Part shown: piece by piece, positions 37,715-51,251 of the stretch
Position numbering within the stretch: position 1 is the first letter of the stretch
Layout: every line of letters begins with the position of its first letter
Assembly (NCBI GenBank): GCA_965644295.1
Contig: CBFFRP010000280.1
Location: 166,399 to 230,398, forward strand
Length of the DNA: 64,000 nt
From: Paraphysomonas bandaiensis
Taxonomy: Eukaryota > Protista > Chrysophyceae
Direction of reading: 5' to 3'
Made by a program: the position numbers and the translations under genes
The notes under the pieces: generated by a model
Told to the model about the DNA's origin: nothing
Database searches by the model: none
What the model saw: the letters and a program-made list of their open reading frames with translations, nothing else

Positions 37715-39169
37715 ATGGAATCAGCTTTATCACAGCTGAAAGAAGCTGCATCAAACGACAATACACATCAAGTACGATCTCTAATAGAGGAGTATGGAGG
37801 TGATATGGTGCATAGTGCCCTCACTGATCAAGGTACATGACTGCATATATGTTGTTTCCTATATAACACATATTAGGCTCTACTGTGCTAATGGTATCAT
37901 GTGCTACGGGTTCGATGGGTGTTGTGAATTATCTTGTCAATGACTGTTGCACTGATGTCAATAAGGAGAACAGTAACGGAACCACAGCACTAGTTTTTGC
38001 ATGCAATTCCGGAAATTTAGACGCTGTGCGATGTCTTTGCGAACATGGGGCAGAAGTAAATCATCGTATTCATAGTGGAGATACCCCGCTAACTGTTGCA
38101 GCTGACGTGGGATTCACGGACATTGTTGAGTTTTTATGTCATTCTAAAGATCTGGAGATCGAGGGGCAGAATAATGAGGGCAGAAATGCACTGCACTGTG
38201 CAAGTACGGAGGGACATGTGGCTGTGGTATCTACCCTTCTGACGCATGGGGCCAATGTAGATGCCCTTGTTGGCTCGAGCTCAACGTCTGAAGACACGGT
38301 GCCAGTGCAACAGATGTGTACACCTCTAGTCCTTGCATGTATGCATGGTAACTCAGAGGTAGTATCTGTGCTCCTCGCTCATGGGGCGGACTACTCACTT
38401 ATAAGCGATTATATCATATGTCGGGCACACGCCGTGGAACATGAACGTGATAACGATATAAGCGCTGTAAAAGATACTATCTGCAGTATGCTTCGGAGAC
38501 AGGGGTGGCTCCCCAGACTTGATCTCAGACGGTGCTGTGAAACGGATGACCAGTCGCGCCTGCTGGAATTGCTTCAGAAACACCCAGGAAGTGCTGAAGT
38601 TTTGTTGTCTGAAGCTCTAGCAGGTGGTGGAGCCACAGGTCTTATGGTAGCTTGTCTGCATGGGGCGGAGTCTGTCGTACGAACCCTTCTCTCATTAGCT
38701 TCAGAGGCGCCCTACCAACACCGCAAACACACTACTAAGGTACATCGCTGACTACAGTTTTATGTCTTTATATATATTTATAATTCATGAACTTATGTAC
38801 CGTGTCCGTGTTATCGTTTTACATATTTATCTGGCATTGGACTCGTAGGTACGCAGTGGAGACGGAAGGACGGCTCTGTCCTACGCTGCCTGGGGAGGAA
38901 AAGCGGAAATAATAGAACTACTTGCACCTCACATTGCCAGTGGAGAACTGAACGTGAATGACAGAAATGACGAAGGGAAGAGTGCACTATACTTTGCTTG
39001 TTTGAATGGGCATCATGACGCTGTAAGTAGGCTGTTGAAATATGGGGCCACCTGTGACGACATCTCGGAAGATGATATCTGTAAGAATCTGTATTTAGTC
39101 AATTCTGAATCACTTGACAAGTTGAATGAGAGAAAAGCGGTAATATTAGATGCTCTTGGGTTTTGTTAA
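37715..39169 (+). CDS. Ankyrin repeat protein (2 introns)
   Basis: Repeats GTTALVFAC, GDTPLTVAA, GRNALHCAS, TPLVLAC, GRTALSYAA and GKSALYFAC. ATG at 37715; introns ~37832-37877 and ~38740-38848. Confidence 0.88.
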
Positions 39170-40054
39170 TGTATAAATAGTGTATCATTGACGATTTTGT
39201 TTATGCTCCGTCGATCCGTCGTCACTCGTCCGTTTTGAGTATTGGAGTTCATCTTGTCTGAAAAGTCGGTGTGATCGTGAAACCTGGTAAAGTGATTTCA
39301 CCAGGTTTCATATATGGAAAAGTGTCTTATATGTACTTATTTGAAGACTAGGGTTAATGTTAATTGCAATTTAGTTGTTGAATATTTTCAATTATATATA
39401 TTTTAAAAATACTTTACTAAAATATTGTATTAATTATAGTGTTACTTTTCATATAAATCTACTGTAATAATACTTATGAGAATCTCACATCAACGTAACT
39501 ATATATTATACACATACAACACATGATTAGACACTATATTACTTTAAATATATTACTATAAATGAAACACATTGTAGTTTCTAGCTACTTACGGCAGGTT
39601 AAAAGCTTACGTGAAATGCCTTTGAAGCACTAAGCTTTCGTAGTAACAGTCCTTTCTTCTGCATCATGTAATATACGCAGTCAATCATTCTGATATTGTA
39701 TTGTATATTGTAGACATAGACATATATTGAAGTGCAGTGTATGAGATCGTGTATCGTGATACATACCAGCAGCAGGTTTGGGCTCAGAGCAAAGATTAAT
39801 CGGTATTGGCTAGAGAAATAAAAAAGTGTTCTGTTATTTATATGTCAGTTATTGTTCTGATTTTAGTGTTAATGTATGGTTTACAGTCATGATATTTATT
39901 TTTGCAATACTAGTGTTGGTACTAGTTTTCGCAATACCATTTAATACAATTGTGTCCGGTTTTTGTTTCCTAATGATAAATGTTAGCAATGTACACAAAA
40001 GGGTAGGAAATGTCTGTTTATTGTTTATTTAGCAACAGACATTCAAGAGTCAGA

Positions 40055-40160
40055 ACCAGATTAGTAGCTAGATGGACAATCTAGTCAAGCTAGTGCACAC
40101 TCTGATATCCTACTATTTAGCGTTACGAGAACACGAGAACTGCTTGTGCGTCGCCGAAAA
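40055..40160. repeat. Solo fragment of the family A terminal inverted repeat
   Basis: ttagtagctagatg...tatcctactatttagcgttacga...ctgcttgtgcgtcgcc matches the arms at 58943-59130 and 59260-59443. Confidence 0.7.
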
Positions 40161-40303
40161 GGTAACTCAAGTTTGAATCACAACAAATTGACATTTCAAA
40201 GTATGGGTTACTTATTTTTTTAATTAGACTCTAATTTGCTATAAGAGGAAAAATACAAACACGATAAAAGGCTCTAATCACAACAAAAATAAACGCTCAA
40301 AAC

Positions 40304-43300
40304 TTATAACAACTGCGAAGTAGCAAATTCACGAGCTAGTTTCGCTATATCATCAGTATTGTCTACACCTTTGACGCTTCCCTGAGCAGCATCCGCTTTC
40401 CCTCCGCCCTTACCACCAAAGGGTCCTATGATATGTTTAATCCATTCCACAGCGTGTAATCTAGAGCTATTCGATTGCTGTGGTACACTTGCAGTGCATA
40501 AGATCCTTGAGCGTGCCCTAATTACGAGTACATAGGGTACTCCCGGACAGTTTTTGGCTATTTCTGTGTGAACTAATTTAACTACACTAGAGTCACTAAA
40601 TTCTTCTCCTGATAAGACAAAGACACCATACTTTGATCCAGCACACTTCCCTGCCTGTATCCCAATTTCTCCTATCACTTTCTCGGTGTCTTTCAATTGC
40701 GCCGCTTTTCGAGCTTTCTGTAATTGTTTTTGCATGCCTTCTAACGCAGCACGAATGTCATTCTTTACCAATACAGATATCACTGAAGACTCCATATCAG
40801 AGCTCAGCTGAACAACTTTATTCCTCAAATTATCCAGCTCTAGCACTGTTTGTGGAAGATCAGATGCTTGTACACTCCGCATTCGATCCAACAGCTCAAC
40901 AGCTCTGAGCCTAGCACACTTTGCAGAATCACCGGTAAGTGCTGCAATCCGTCGTACTCCCTTAGAAACAGCACTCTCCTCCGTCAACACAAAATCCTCC
41001 AACTGAGACGAACTACTCACATGATTTCCCCCGCAAAACTCGATAGAGCAATCCATCCACTTAGGGGAAGCGGGGTCATCAATAACGGCATCGACACTTG
41101 CGCCCACAGAGACAACTCGCACAGGATCTGGGTATGACTCACCCGCAACTGTGCGCAGACCATTGATCTGAACCGCGACACCTTTAGGCACCAATTTTGT
41201 GTCCACCTCCAGACCTTGCTGAATAAACTCATTCATTTGATATTCAACAGCTGCCAGCTGTGCATTGGTCAGTGCATGCGAGCTGGAGAAATCGAATCGC
41301 AACTTATCCTCAGATACCAGTGACCCCCGCTGTTCCACACTCGGTGCCACTACTTTCCTCAAAACATGATTCAATATATGAGTTGCAGTATGGTTGGGAA
41401 CTATTCGTTTCTTTCTCTCATTATCTACGACGGCAATTACAGATGACCCCACGGTAAGACACCATGAACGTACTTTGACAGAGTCAGGGAGGCAGCACGT
41501 GTGCAGAACATAGGAGCCGAATGACTGGACATCTGTTACTGGGAGTAAAATGAACTCACCACTCTCAGCAGCGACTTTTATGTAACCGGTATCACAAACT
41601 TGACCGCCAGACTCAGCGTAAAACGGGGTTTTGTCTAAAATAATACCACATCTCTTGCTGCTTATATTGGAATTAAGGATACCAGCGTCAATTCTTTCTA
41701 TGAGCTCATTACTGTCCGACAAAATGGCTCGCACATTGCAATTCAGATTGTTGGCAAACACATCTACATTGGTTTGAGTGTAGTTGTACTTATAAGAATC
41801 GTCCGTGGGAAGTACATCATTGCTCTTCAGGTCAGCTAAAAGATGAACTGAAAGTTGAAGGGGCTGACCATCACTACTCCTATCACCACGAGCTGAAATT
41901 TTGCTCTTTTCGCGCTGCAAATTCATTTCATTTTCATATCCCGCCATGTCTACCTCAAATCCTTTCTCGGCAGCTATCAAGCGAGTCAAATCGACAGGAA
42001 AACCCATCGTATCATACAAATAGAACACATCGCGTCCAGATATGAGAGCAGGCTGGTCTCTGGCCGTTTGTTCGCCCATACGCTCTTCTAAATACTTCAT
42101 TCCACGAGGGAGCACAGACGCAAATGACGTCTCTTCTTCAGCAATAGTGGAACATATCAGCGCTTCTTTATCGTGAAGTTCGGGGTATGCTGAACCAAGC
42201 ACACGGACGACCACTGGAACAAGACTTGATAATGTACCTGGAGGAGCATCCAAGACCATGCAATACCTATCACGCAATTGAAAAATTAAAAAAGGGAACG
42301 TGGTGAGCACAACATAGCCGGATAAAACTCATGTAGATAACCCATCTCAAATCAAAAGCTATATCTAAATTCATTTGGTCACATGTTTCCAATAATTGCA
42401 CACGTATCTATTTCAATGGAAGTCCCACAAAAGTAATTTTAACCACGTTGATGCTCTCAACCTACCTTAAGGCACGTCTAAGTATACGTCGTATAACATA
42501 TCCTCTTTTTTCACTTGATGGCACTACTCCATCCGCAATAGCTACACACAATGCCCTCATGTGATCAGCTACCACTCTGTACGCCATATCTCTACACCCC
42601 GCGTCGTCTGTCCCTGTTTTGCCCATGTACGGTATACAGTCAGGCCCAATTAACCTTGCTAGTTCATCAAATATAGGATAAAAGACATCAGTGTCGTAAT
42701 TAGAATTTTTATCTTGTAGGATAGAGGTAAGTCGTTCGAGCCCCATACCAGTATCCACATGAGCAGCCGGAAGCTTCTTGAGGTACACCTTACCACTTTC
42801 TTCGTCTTTCTCCCGATGATATTGCATGAACACCAAATTCCATATCTCTAATACAGTAGGATCATCGCAATTAACTAGTACTGCTGCATTTCGATTTCCA
42901 ATACGATCATAATGAATTTCAGAACACGGTCCACATGGACCGATGTCTCCCATCTCCCAAAAATTTTCCTTGGCTCCAAAAGGTAGCACACGGCTTGCTG
43001 GTAAATAATTTAACCAATAATCCCTTGCTTCAGTATCACATGGAACGCCCATTGCATCATCTCCCGCAAAATAAGTCACATACATGCGTTCTTTGTCTAG
43101 GTGATACTTGTTTACGAGCAAGTCATAAGCCCAGTCTATCGCTTCTTTTTTAAAGTAACACCCGAATGACCACGTGCCCAACATCTCAAAGAATGTATGA
43201 TGATAAGTATCCTTACCCACATCCTCAAGATCATTATGCTTCCCACCAGCACGAATGCATTTCTGACTATTGACAGCACGACGAACATCATTTAGAGGGG

Positions 43301-43544
43301 AATGAGGGTCTACAGTCCCTAAGAATATGGATTTAAATTGATTCATACCTGCATTAGTGAATAACAGGGAATCATCATTATATGGTACTACGGGGGATGA
43401 TTTGATGAACTGATGCGCTCTGTGCTCCACAAAATAATCCACAAAAGTGCGGCGAACATCATTCACCTTCCAGTTTGAAAATTGGCGTGCTATGAATAGC
43501 CTGGAGTTAACTACTCGTCTTATGGTAAACATATAGCTACTCAT
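40304..43544 (-). CDS. alaS: Alanyl-tRNA synthetase, probably mitochondrion-targeted (intron 42267-42465)
   Basis: [38 protein letters not shown] and DTGMGLER; editing motifs NHTATH and EFCGGNH; GKGGGK..AQG C-terminus; N-terminal presequence. Confidence 0.97.
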
Positions 43545-44973
43545 ATATATCGCCCTATATAAGAGGCATCGGCCTCATTGTACATGTATGTAGATTCACT
43601 TACTCTGTTCTGCAAACAACTTTCACTTCATATGGACCGCTTACATATGGGCTATTTTCACCACAGAGTAGCCAATATGTATACACGGAATACGTACCGT
43701 ATATCTATCTACATCCTACATCAGAGAGCGACTGTACGATTTTTTTGCATATCTACAGTTTATATCTAGGTATGAAAACTTCTGGATTTGCATACAAAAA
43801 TCCGGATTTGTTTTAGAGGTTTGGAAAAGGGAAAAACCAGAGGTTTTCTCAGAGGTGGGAGTTTCAAAGTCGATCACGAATCTTACGATACTCACATATG
43901 ACCTCAATAGTCATGTCTAGCATGGTCTTGGCCATATATGCGCACTTGGATCTTCAAGATTGTCTCTTACAGTATATAAGATTGTTGATGTTATCCGTCG
44001 GATTGTTTTTAGACCTTTGGAATGGACTCTCAAGCTGCCGAAAAATTTGTGAATGGCAACACAGACGCTACGGTGCGTAACAGCAGAAAACATAGATGCT
44101 TGACATCTGGGTTGCGAGATGGTTACAAACATCATAGTATGAACTGCCTAACATTTAAACCAGGGCTTCGTTCACTACTCTTCTCAATGCACTTATGCCT
44201 CGACTGAAGCTTTTATATCTAACTGTGATGTAATTGGAAAAGGCCACAGCATTTTCGGTGAAGTGCGTTTCTTATCCTCTTTTATTCGAAAGTGGGTGTT
44301 CCTTAAGAAAGTATCAGAAAATTGAGTATACTATAGCACAGAAGTCGTAGCACTTACTAGATGGCACCTATATCAGTTTCAAAACTCTCATTGACGATGT
44401 TATGTACTTAGACTACTTAGGAGGGCATGTGTACTAGCTACTTGTTGTAACGAGTCATAAAGATTTTAGACTTGGGAAAAAATACTATTTGTACCTCCCG
44501 GCAATACTTCCGACGCGGCAAGTTAGGTACATTACTTCATAACTCATTACTCAATTCAAGTTTTGTGGGATAGGGCCTGCTCCATACTCCGCCTCGAATT
44601 CGTATTAGTGGGGGTGCATTTATAGGACAACGCCACACCCTTCAATTTCGATCATAGTCGAAGTCGTATTGATTCTGAGAATGCAATTGAAGAGCTTAAA
44701 GAAATGCTTCTATCCGTGGACGTGGCACTATACCCACGTTTGTTTTATAATCAGAATATCAGAATACATTTGAGGGCGCTGTGTGTTGAGACTGACTAGT
44801 TTCCGTTCTATGACGGCATTGCATTCTTCTGACCAATAGTTATACAAACTAATAATAATGTATATGTTGACATACAACAGCTAGTATTGAGTATTTCCTT
44901 ATTCCAAAATAAAATAATTTTATTAATTTGATAAGAATATTCCCGATTTCCACTTTGTCCGTTCAGTTCCCAC

Positions 44974-46584
44974 TTACTTGTTTTCAAGCTGCGGCAAGCG
45001 ACTATCTGTATGATCATCAAGGGACATTACAACAGGAGAGAGATTTGAATTGAGACCATTATGACTTTGCATTGGTGAAGAATTAGTGTACCGCATACCA
45101 TTGACTCGAGAATCACAACTGATATAAGACAGGGAAGAAGCCAATTGTGCCTGCATTATTCGATGAGATTGAGCCATCATCTTAAATGTCTTGCACATAT
45201 CATGTACTGAATTTAAAATGCCTCTTAACAACTGCATTCTTTCTTCGTGTCTCTCATCTTCAATTTTACATCGCTTTTGAAAGAAATCGTTGATAACAAT
45301 TGAGTTAGCAAATACTTGAGAGGAGGAAGAGCGTCTTTTTCTCTCTCGAAGTCTGATTTTGGTGGCAATCTTACTGCTGTTAATAATCCATGCATAATAT
45401 GCCCTCCATTTGTTGACTTTGTACTTGTCACCTTTTTTCCAATCGTTATAAGGATTATCTCCGGGTGGGTGCAGAGGTTTGGTAGAATACACCTACAAGT
45501 ATTTTCGATTTAGGATACTACGTGGTTAGCGTACGTACTGTGCCTTACTTCCTGTCGTTCGTTAATGGGTTGTGCTGTCAAAGAGCGGATACTTTCAAAC
45601 CAAGTTTCTCGTGCGCTACGCTGAATAGAATCCAGAATACTTGCAGGAAGGTAGGGATAATCTTCATCACTTCCCCACGTATAACGATTTTCATTATACC
45701 GATGTAAGGCTTCTTCACATGGTTCAGCACAGAAGTGTGCTTTCGAACTTGTATATTTTCCTCGCACAACTCAGCGCACCTTTGTAACCAGAGTAATTTA
45801 ACTTTCTGTGCATACGCTTTGGCGGCTAGACACTGCAGTTAATGTATTTCATGTGTAGCATTACGTCACTCACCATTCCACTCTGTCAGTTGAAATGGTG
45901 GCATTTCAGGCAAAGAGGAGCACAGATCTGGTGACTGATAAGTAGGGCCACCTTCACTGTCTTTAGATATAATGCGTGCACAGAACAAACGCATGTTGTA
46001 AAGTATGCTGCAATAGCTGTAACTCTCGGACCGCGGCTTGTTGCCAATGTAACCCATATATGAGCCGACCTGAAGCAAAAGCAGTGTGGAAAGCCCAGCA
46101 GTTGGAATCTGTCATATATACTATTAATATCTTATATGCATGCGTACAGCAACTTACAACGAAGTCAACAACGATCTGCTCCTGTCGACTCAGTTCAGGT
46201 GGTCCTCTGTCTTCAAGAGTTCTTTTCGCTCTATGGATTTCTTCAACTATTGCTTTACTTTTCCAAGCAATCCACGCCTCTGCTACACACACTGCATCGA
46301 GAGTGGACATTACACCATTCAGATTAGATATGTTGAATGTCGTCGCAGTTACATCTCTACAAATCATAATAAGGAAAAATATCATCTGTGATTCTAACTT
46401 GCCTCAGTATCTTGATGAGCTTATGGGAATCACTGCCATTGTCGACAATGTACTGAACTGACTCTCTGTCTTCATCATACATGCCTTTGTCGAGGGCTGC
46501 TTCAAGCGCAGAAAGAAAGCGCTCATATTGCTCGGGATATGGCTCACATAAGGTTCGATCACTATCACTTCTTCTTCGTGGCAT
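44974..46584 (-). CDS. Hypothetical multi-exon protein
   Basis: A chain of same-strand ORFs (46584, 46385, 46078, 45767, 45492) separated by intron-like gaps with GT..AG ends; no domain recognised. Confidence 0.5.
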
Positions 46585-46881
46585 AGTTTTATGGTTATTG
46601 TTATTATGAGCACTCCTCTGTATACAGTATATAATATATGCGCTCTCATATCATAATATCTCGCTCTATCAGACCTTCACAGCTAAAACCACTTTACGCA
46701 CTTCAACTTCTTTTCGGAATCATCGAGTTCTAAATTAAGTTTTTCTTTCAAATTTTTTCACAGTTTGGACGCAAAAGAAGTTTTTCTTTAAGTTTTTCTC
46801 AAAGTTTTTTAAGGAGTTTGGACACGGCGGAAAAAACCTGGAGGTTTTTTGCAAACCATGGACGCCCCTTGGACATATTGG

Positions 46882-47147
46882 CGTATCGGCAGTCAGCATC
46901 TTATATTTCGGGAATATATTGAAGCAAAAATAGTCTATATTACTGCAGTATAACTATGGCTAGAATACACATAATTATTGTCTCAATATTAGAGGCATCT
47001 TTGAACAAAAATATACGAAGGATGCCAATAGGGGCATCTTTTGTTCAAAGGTGCCTCTAATATTGTTGAGATAATTATGTGTATTCCAGCCGCAGTTATA
47101 TTGCAGTGATATAAAGGATATTTGCTTCAATATATGCTGACTGCCGA
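46882..47147. repeat. Foldback (long imperfect palindrome), repeat family B
   Basis: Arm tcggcagtcagcat...ttgaacaaaa (46886-47010) is the reverse complement of ttttgttcaa...atgctgactgccga (47039-47147). There is an inner stem gatgcc/ggcatc. Confidence 0.85.
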
Positions 47148-48752
47148 CTTACTTCACTTGTAGCTATGTCCCTTTTTGCTAATGTTGCATTGTTGTTGTT
47201 GTTTATCTCTGCAACATATCATAGTTATACCAACGATGGAGTATGGAACCACTTCAACTTGTTCCTTAGATTATGATCTCGCAACTCTAGAAAAGAATAT
47301 TATATTCATTAGTGCCGACCTCAAATGAAAGCAGACAGTAGGTCAAGTTCATAGGAATACTGAAAAAGACTATCCAGATTTATTCACCTATATCGCTCAA
47401 CATGAAAATAAACCTTGTACGACTCGTTCTAAGGAGTTCATAATGAGAAGGACTTTTCTTCAGCGTATGTGCTGGATATTATATATATACAACAATGGGA
47501 GTGTAGTCAATATTTCCGGCAATTGTCAGACTGAAATAATCAATGACAGTCAGTTTTTCATTCCAAAATCTATCGAGCTTGGCCAAGTAAATAATTTGTC
47601 AGTCTCTACTGTTCAGAACAGGAGAGATGTTCAGAATTGACAGGGAAACCTACTGTGATAGCTCGTGACTTTAGTCCGGCCATTGGAGCGCTATATCGAG
47701 CTTTGGTCTTAATGTTTCACATATTTCTCCTTTTTCATCGGCGCTTTTTCTAATCAAGCTATACTGTCATTGTGTCAAGAATGTGTTGATCAAACTTGGG
47801 CGAATCGGATAACGAGTAGGACACTTGAGCTTATAAGTGCTATGGATCATGATAAGCTTCCTGAAGGCGATGAGCGTCACAGAGCACCAAAAGTATGTCG
47901 AAATTCCCGAATATCGCTAACAACTGGGTTCAATTTCTCATCGGTAGAGTGTTCCTGTGCCATATTAGCATTATTGTCTCTGAGGAAAAATAAGAACGCC
48001 ATATGGGTGAGTATTAATTCTCTTCAGATATCGAAGAAGAATTATGAACATCATCAACAACTGATTGAGAAATTTTCCAATCGTATCATGATCTCCATGC
48101 GATCCGTGTCATGATATTTCGGAACATGTAGTGATTTCACGTTGCTGCTATTTACTTGAAATAACATTACGTAAAAATCTATATGTGGTTAAAAATCAGT
48201 GATATCGTGTTAGATTTCTATTGTTTAAAGATTAAAGTGACCATTATTGCCACATAGTATCTGCTATGTTTTACTCTAACGAGAACATTGCTACATTGTT
48301 ACGTACTTGATTATAGTACTACTATAGCAGGGCACAATAATAACTAAAACTAACAACATATTATAAAGAGGTTACACCCTATTTCCTTTTGAAAATATTG
48401 AAGTGTAAAGAGCTAATCACCATGACGTGCAGGTGCCAAGTTTTCTAAAATCATAGTGTAATGAAGTTGGTGTGGGCATTTCAGGACTGCAGGGTTAATA
48501 TACGGTTACGTTTTCCTGGTGGTGATATGAGTGTTCTGCTCAATCAACAGCAGGTCAAAAATACATTTTAAAACAATAAGGGGATAACTGTATAATTGCT
48601 TATACCTACTTCAAAATTCCTTGGTATAAAATCCTTATCACTCTACCCTCCTTGCGACAGCACTTGAACTAGAATGACTAACATTTTCAAATACTACGCT
48701 CTGTATCCCGGAAATGGCAATTAAATGGTAACAAAATGAAAAGCATTACCTT

Positions 48753-49788
48753 TCAACCATTTTGTGTACTAACTTCAGAAACAGTAGAATTTTCTTTATC
48801 ATCAGGAAGCAGCTGAACAGTAGGCAGCACATATTTTTTTAGGTAACCAATTATCTCCAATGGTGAGCGCTCAGTAATCACAATAGGCCTATCTTGTGCA
48901 GTTGTAAATGATACCGGCTGCATGAAATCTAAAACCATATTGTATATATAATAGTAACTGACACCATGCAGGTTGGTCAGGACCGGAGTTAGGGTTGAAA
49001 GGAAATATTGGGTATCGTAGTTGGAGTACGAGGTCGGATATATACCCCATTTAGCAGCGTTCTCTTCCTCTCTAGGGATATCGTCATTAATAGGTCGATT
49101 CTCCCCAAAATTAAATTCGCACTGTCCCCAGTCTCCAATTTTAATAATGAAACTACTCTTGACCTGATTCTTAAACAGATCTTTACTACTTGGCAGATGC
49201 TTGATCCGTATATTATCATAGCGAAGGTCGAAGTGCTGCAATCCGAATGCTGTTGACAAGTGATGAACGGCATAGGCCACCTGATAGAATAAATTGTACA
49301 TGTGGATTGGCTCATTGAGGTCAATATCTTCTGCATCATCCTCCACGTACTCCATAAGTATGAAATAACTAGCAGCGGAATCCGTAAAACGACCCACGTC
49401 GAAACACCGAACGTAAAATGGGCCAGCTGTTTCAATTAATTTCGTAGCAATCACATTTCCACATATTTCATGAAAAGGCAAATCATCGAAGAGTTTAAGG
49501 ACACATTTGTCATTGTTAGTCGGTTCCTCTAACCTGTAGACTTCATCATCTGTCATACAGTAACAACTATGAGTTCAACAGATTTAATATTACTGTATTA
49601 GAAAACTCACCCTGTAAAGCCTCCCATATGACACCTTTTCCCTTTAGTTTTCTACATATCTGACTGTTCATAGCTCTGTCAGTCACTACGCTGTCCAATA
49701 GGTCTCTATTTCCACTTCGAATAGCGGCATGAATCGAATCGATTCGACTGTCGTTACGAAATATATTCACCTTGTTTCGCTTTTTCAT
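48753..49788 (-). CDS. Atypical (haspin-like) protein kinase, intron 49550-49610
   Basis: VLK, HE..., FILMEYV, QVAYAV, LQHFDLRYDNIRI, IKIGDWG and YDTQYF. ORF 49788 splices (gtgagt...acag, phase 1) into ORF 49556. Confidence 0.75.
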
Positions 49789-49891
49789 GATTTGGAATAA
49801 TATGCTTGTAATGGAGGTGCTTATATCCCTGTGCTGTGGGCTCTGTGGATGGGCACATACACATATATGACCACAGAGAGTATTCGTTGAT

Positions 49892-50025
49892 CGTATCGGC
49901 AGTCAGCATCTTATTTTTCGGAAATATATTGAAGCCAAATTTCGTTATATTGCTGCAATACAACTACGGCTGGAATACACATAATTATTGTCTCAATATT
50001 AGAGGCATCTGAGAACAAAATATAC
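49892..50025. repeat. Direct copy of the family B arm
   Basis: cgtatcggcagtcagcatctta...tctcaatattagaggcatct...gaacaaaa..tatac matches 46882-47015. Confidence 0.85.
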
Positions 50026-51251
50026 ATGCCGATATGATGATTTTGAAGCACCATCTCCATATCGCTGAAGTATCCTACACGGTATACAGCAGTATACGTT
50101 GTGCACATATCCAACACTGCCATACTGTGCATGATCGCTCGTCACAACTGCATCTGCATGAATCATATTTTGGAATTCAAGAATTTATATTAATGCAGAT
50201 TTGAAATGCACTTTATCATACATTATGATGAGAGTTGACTAGATATATCTGATACATGTGATATTTCTCAAAGTTTATGGCTGTCAACTATCATATCTCT
50301 AGTGGCCATTACGATAATGGTTATATCCAGACATCTATCATTCTATCCATCAACGACTCCCCTACGACTAATCAATTAACCCAGCTCTAGGCGGGTGAAC
50401 TTGGGAGGTAAACGTATAGATACCTAGCGCAGTACGTCTCCAGTGTGAATCTAATTTGTAGTATTATAGATATTGGTATATTATCCTATATCGCCCCATG
50501 ACATCCGATGATGAAAATGTGCATAATCATAGATTACTGTTTTGATGTTACTGCCTTGCTCATGCCAACGCTAGTAAGACGAATAAGTCGATATAACTTC
50601 ACTAGACTTGGTCGCAAGAGATTGTCCAATTCTCGTTTGATGCGAAGCTGCCTAAAGTGTGATTCATTTCATGTATGAGTCGTTTAGAATTAATAATTGC
50701 AAAGCAAGTCGATGTTGTTATGCGGCTTGTGTAGGAACAATTAGCTTGAATATCAAAGTTCACAGTCAACATTTCCTCGACAGAACTCAATTTATAAATA
50801 TTTTTGACAGGGGCTTTCCTCCACTTTAAGGTGGTAGTCTCACTAGAATTAAGAATTAGTATGACGAGATATTTCTACCGTTTCGACAAGTTTGACAACA
50901 TCCCAGTTTGCGTATTTTAAAGCTATTGTATTTCAGTTGTTCATTTATACAGTAACCCTCTGAACACCAGGGCTAATGCTATTGTAATTAGTTAATTTTA
51001 TTAATCAAAACTTTGCCTTCTACTCTTTCATACTTGTGAGAGGTCTTTGTGCTTTATAAATAGACCACTACCTAAAGCACCTGGTTCACATTTCATAATC
51101 AAGAATGATATTAGCATCCACACATTACTTATACTAGATTTACTTAGAATTGTTCAATAGTTCATGTAAATTCTACAGCTAATACAACATATGACAGGGC
51201 AAATTATTGATAAGTGGGATTGTGTGATATCTATGGCAAAGGAAAACCAAA

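Noticed and set aside
39278-39310. Hairpin tgaaacctggt...accaggtttca as a Helitron 3' end
   Set aside because: Single occurrence, no CTRR at the expected spacing and no matching 5' end.
43898-44760. Possible pseudogene remnant
   Set aside because: Only short broken ORFs with no recognisable motif.
48753-50132. Endogenous giant-virus fragment (tightly packed ORFs, virus-like kinase)
   Set aside because: The packing is explained by a canonical 61-bp intron, and no viral hallmark genes are present.
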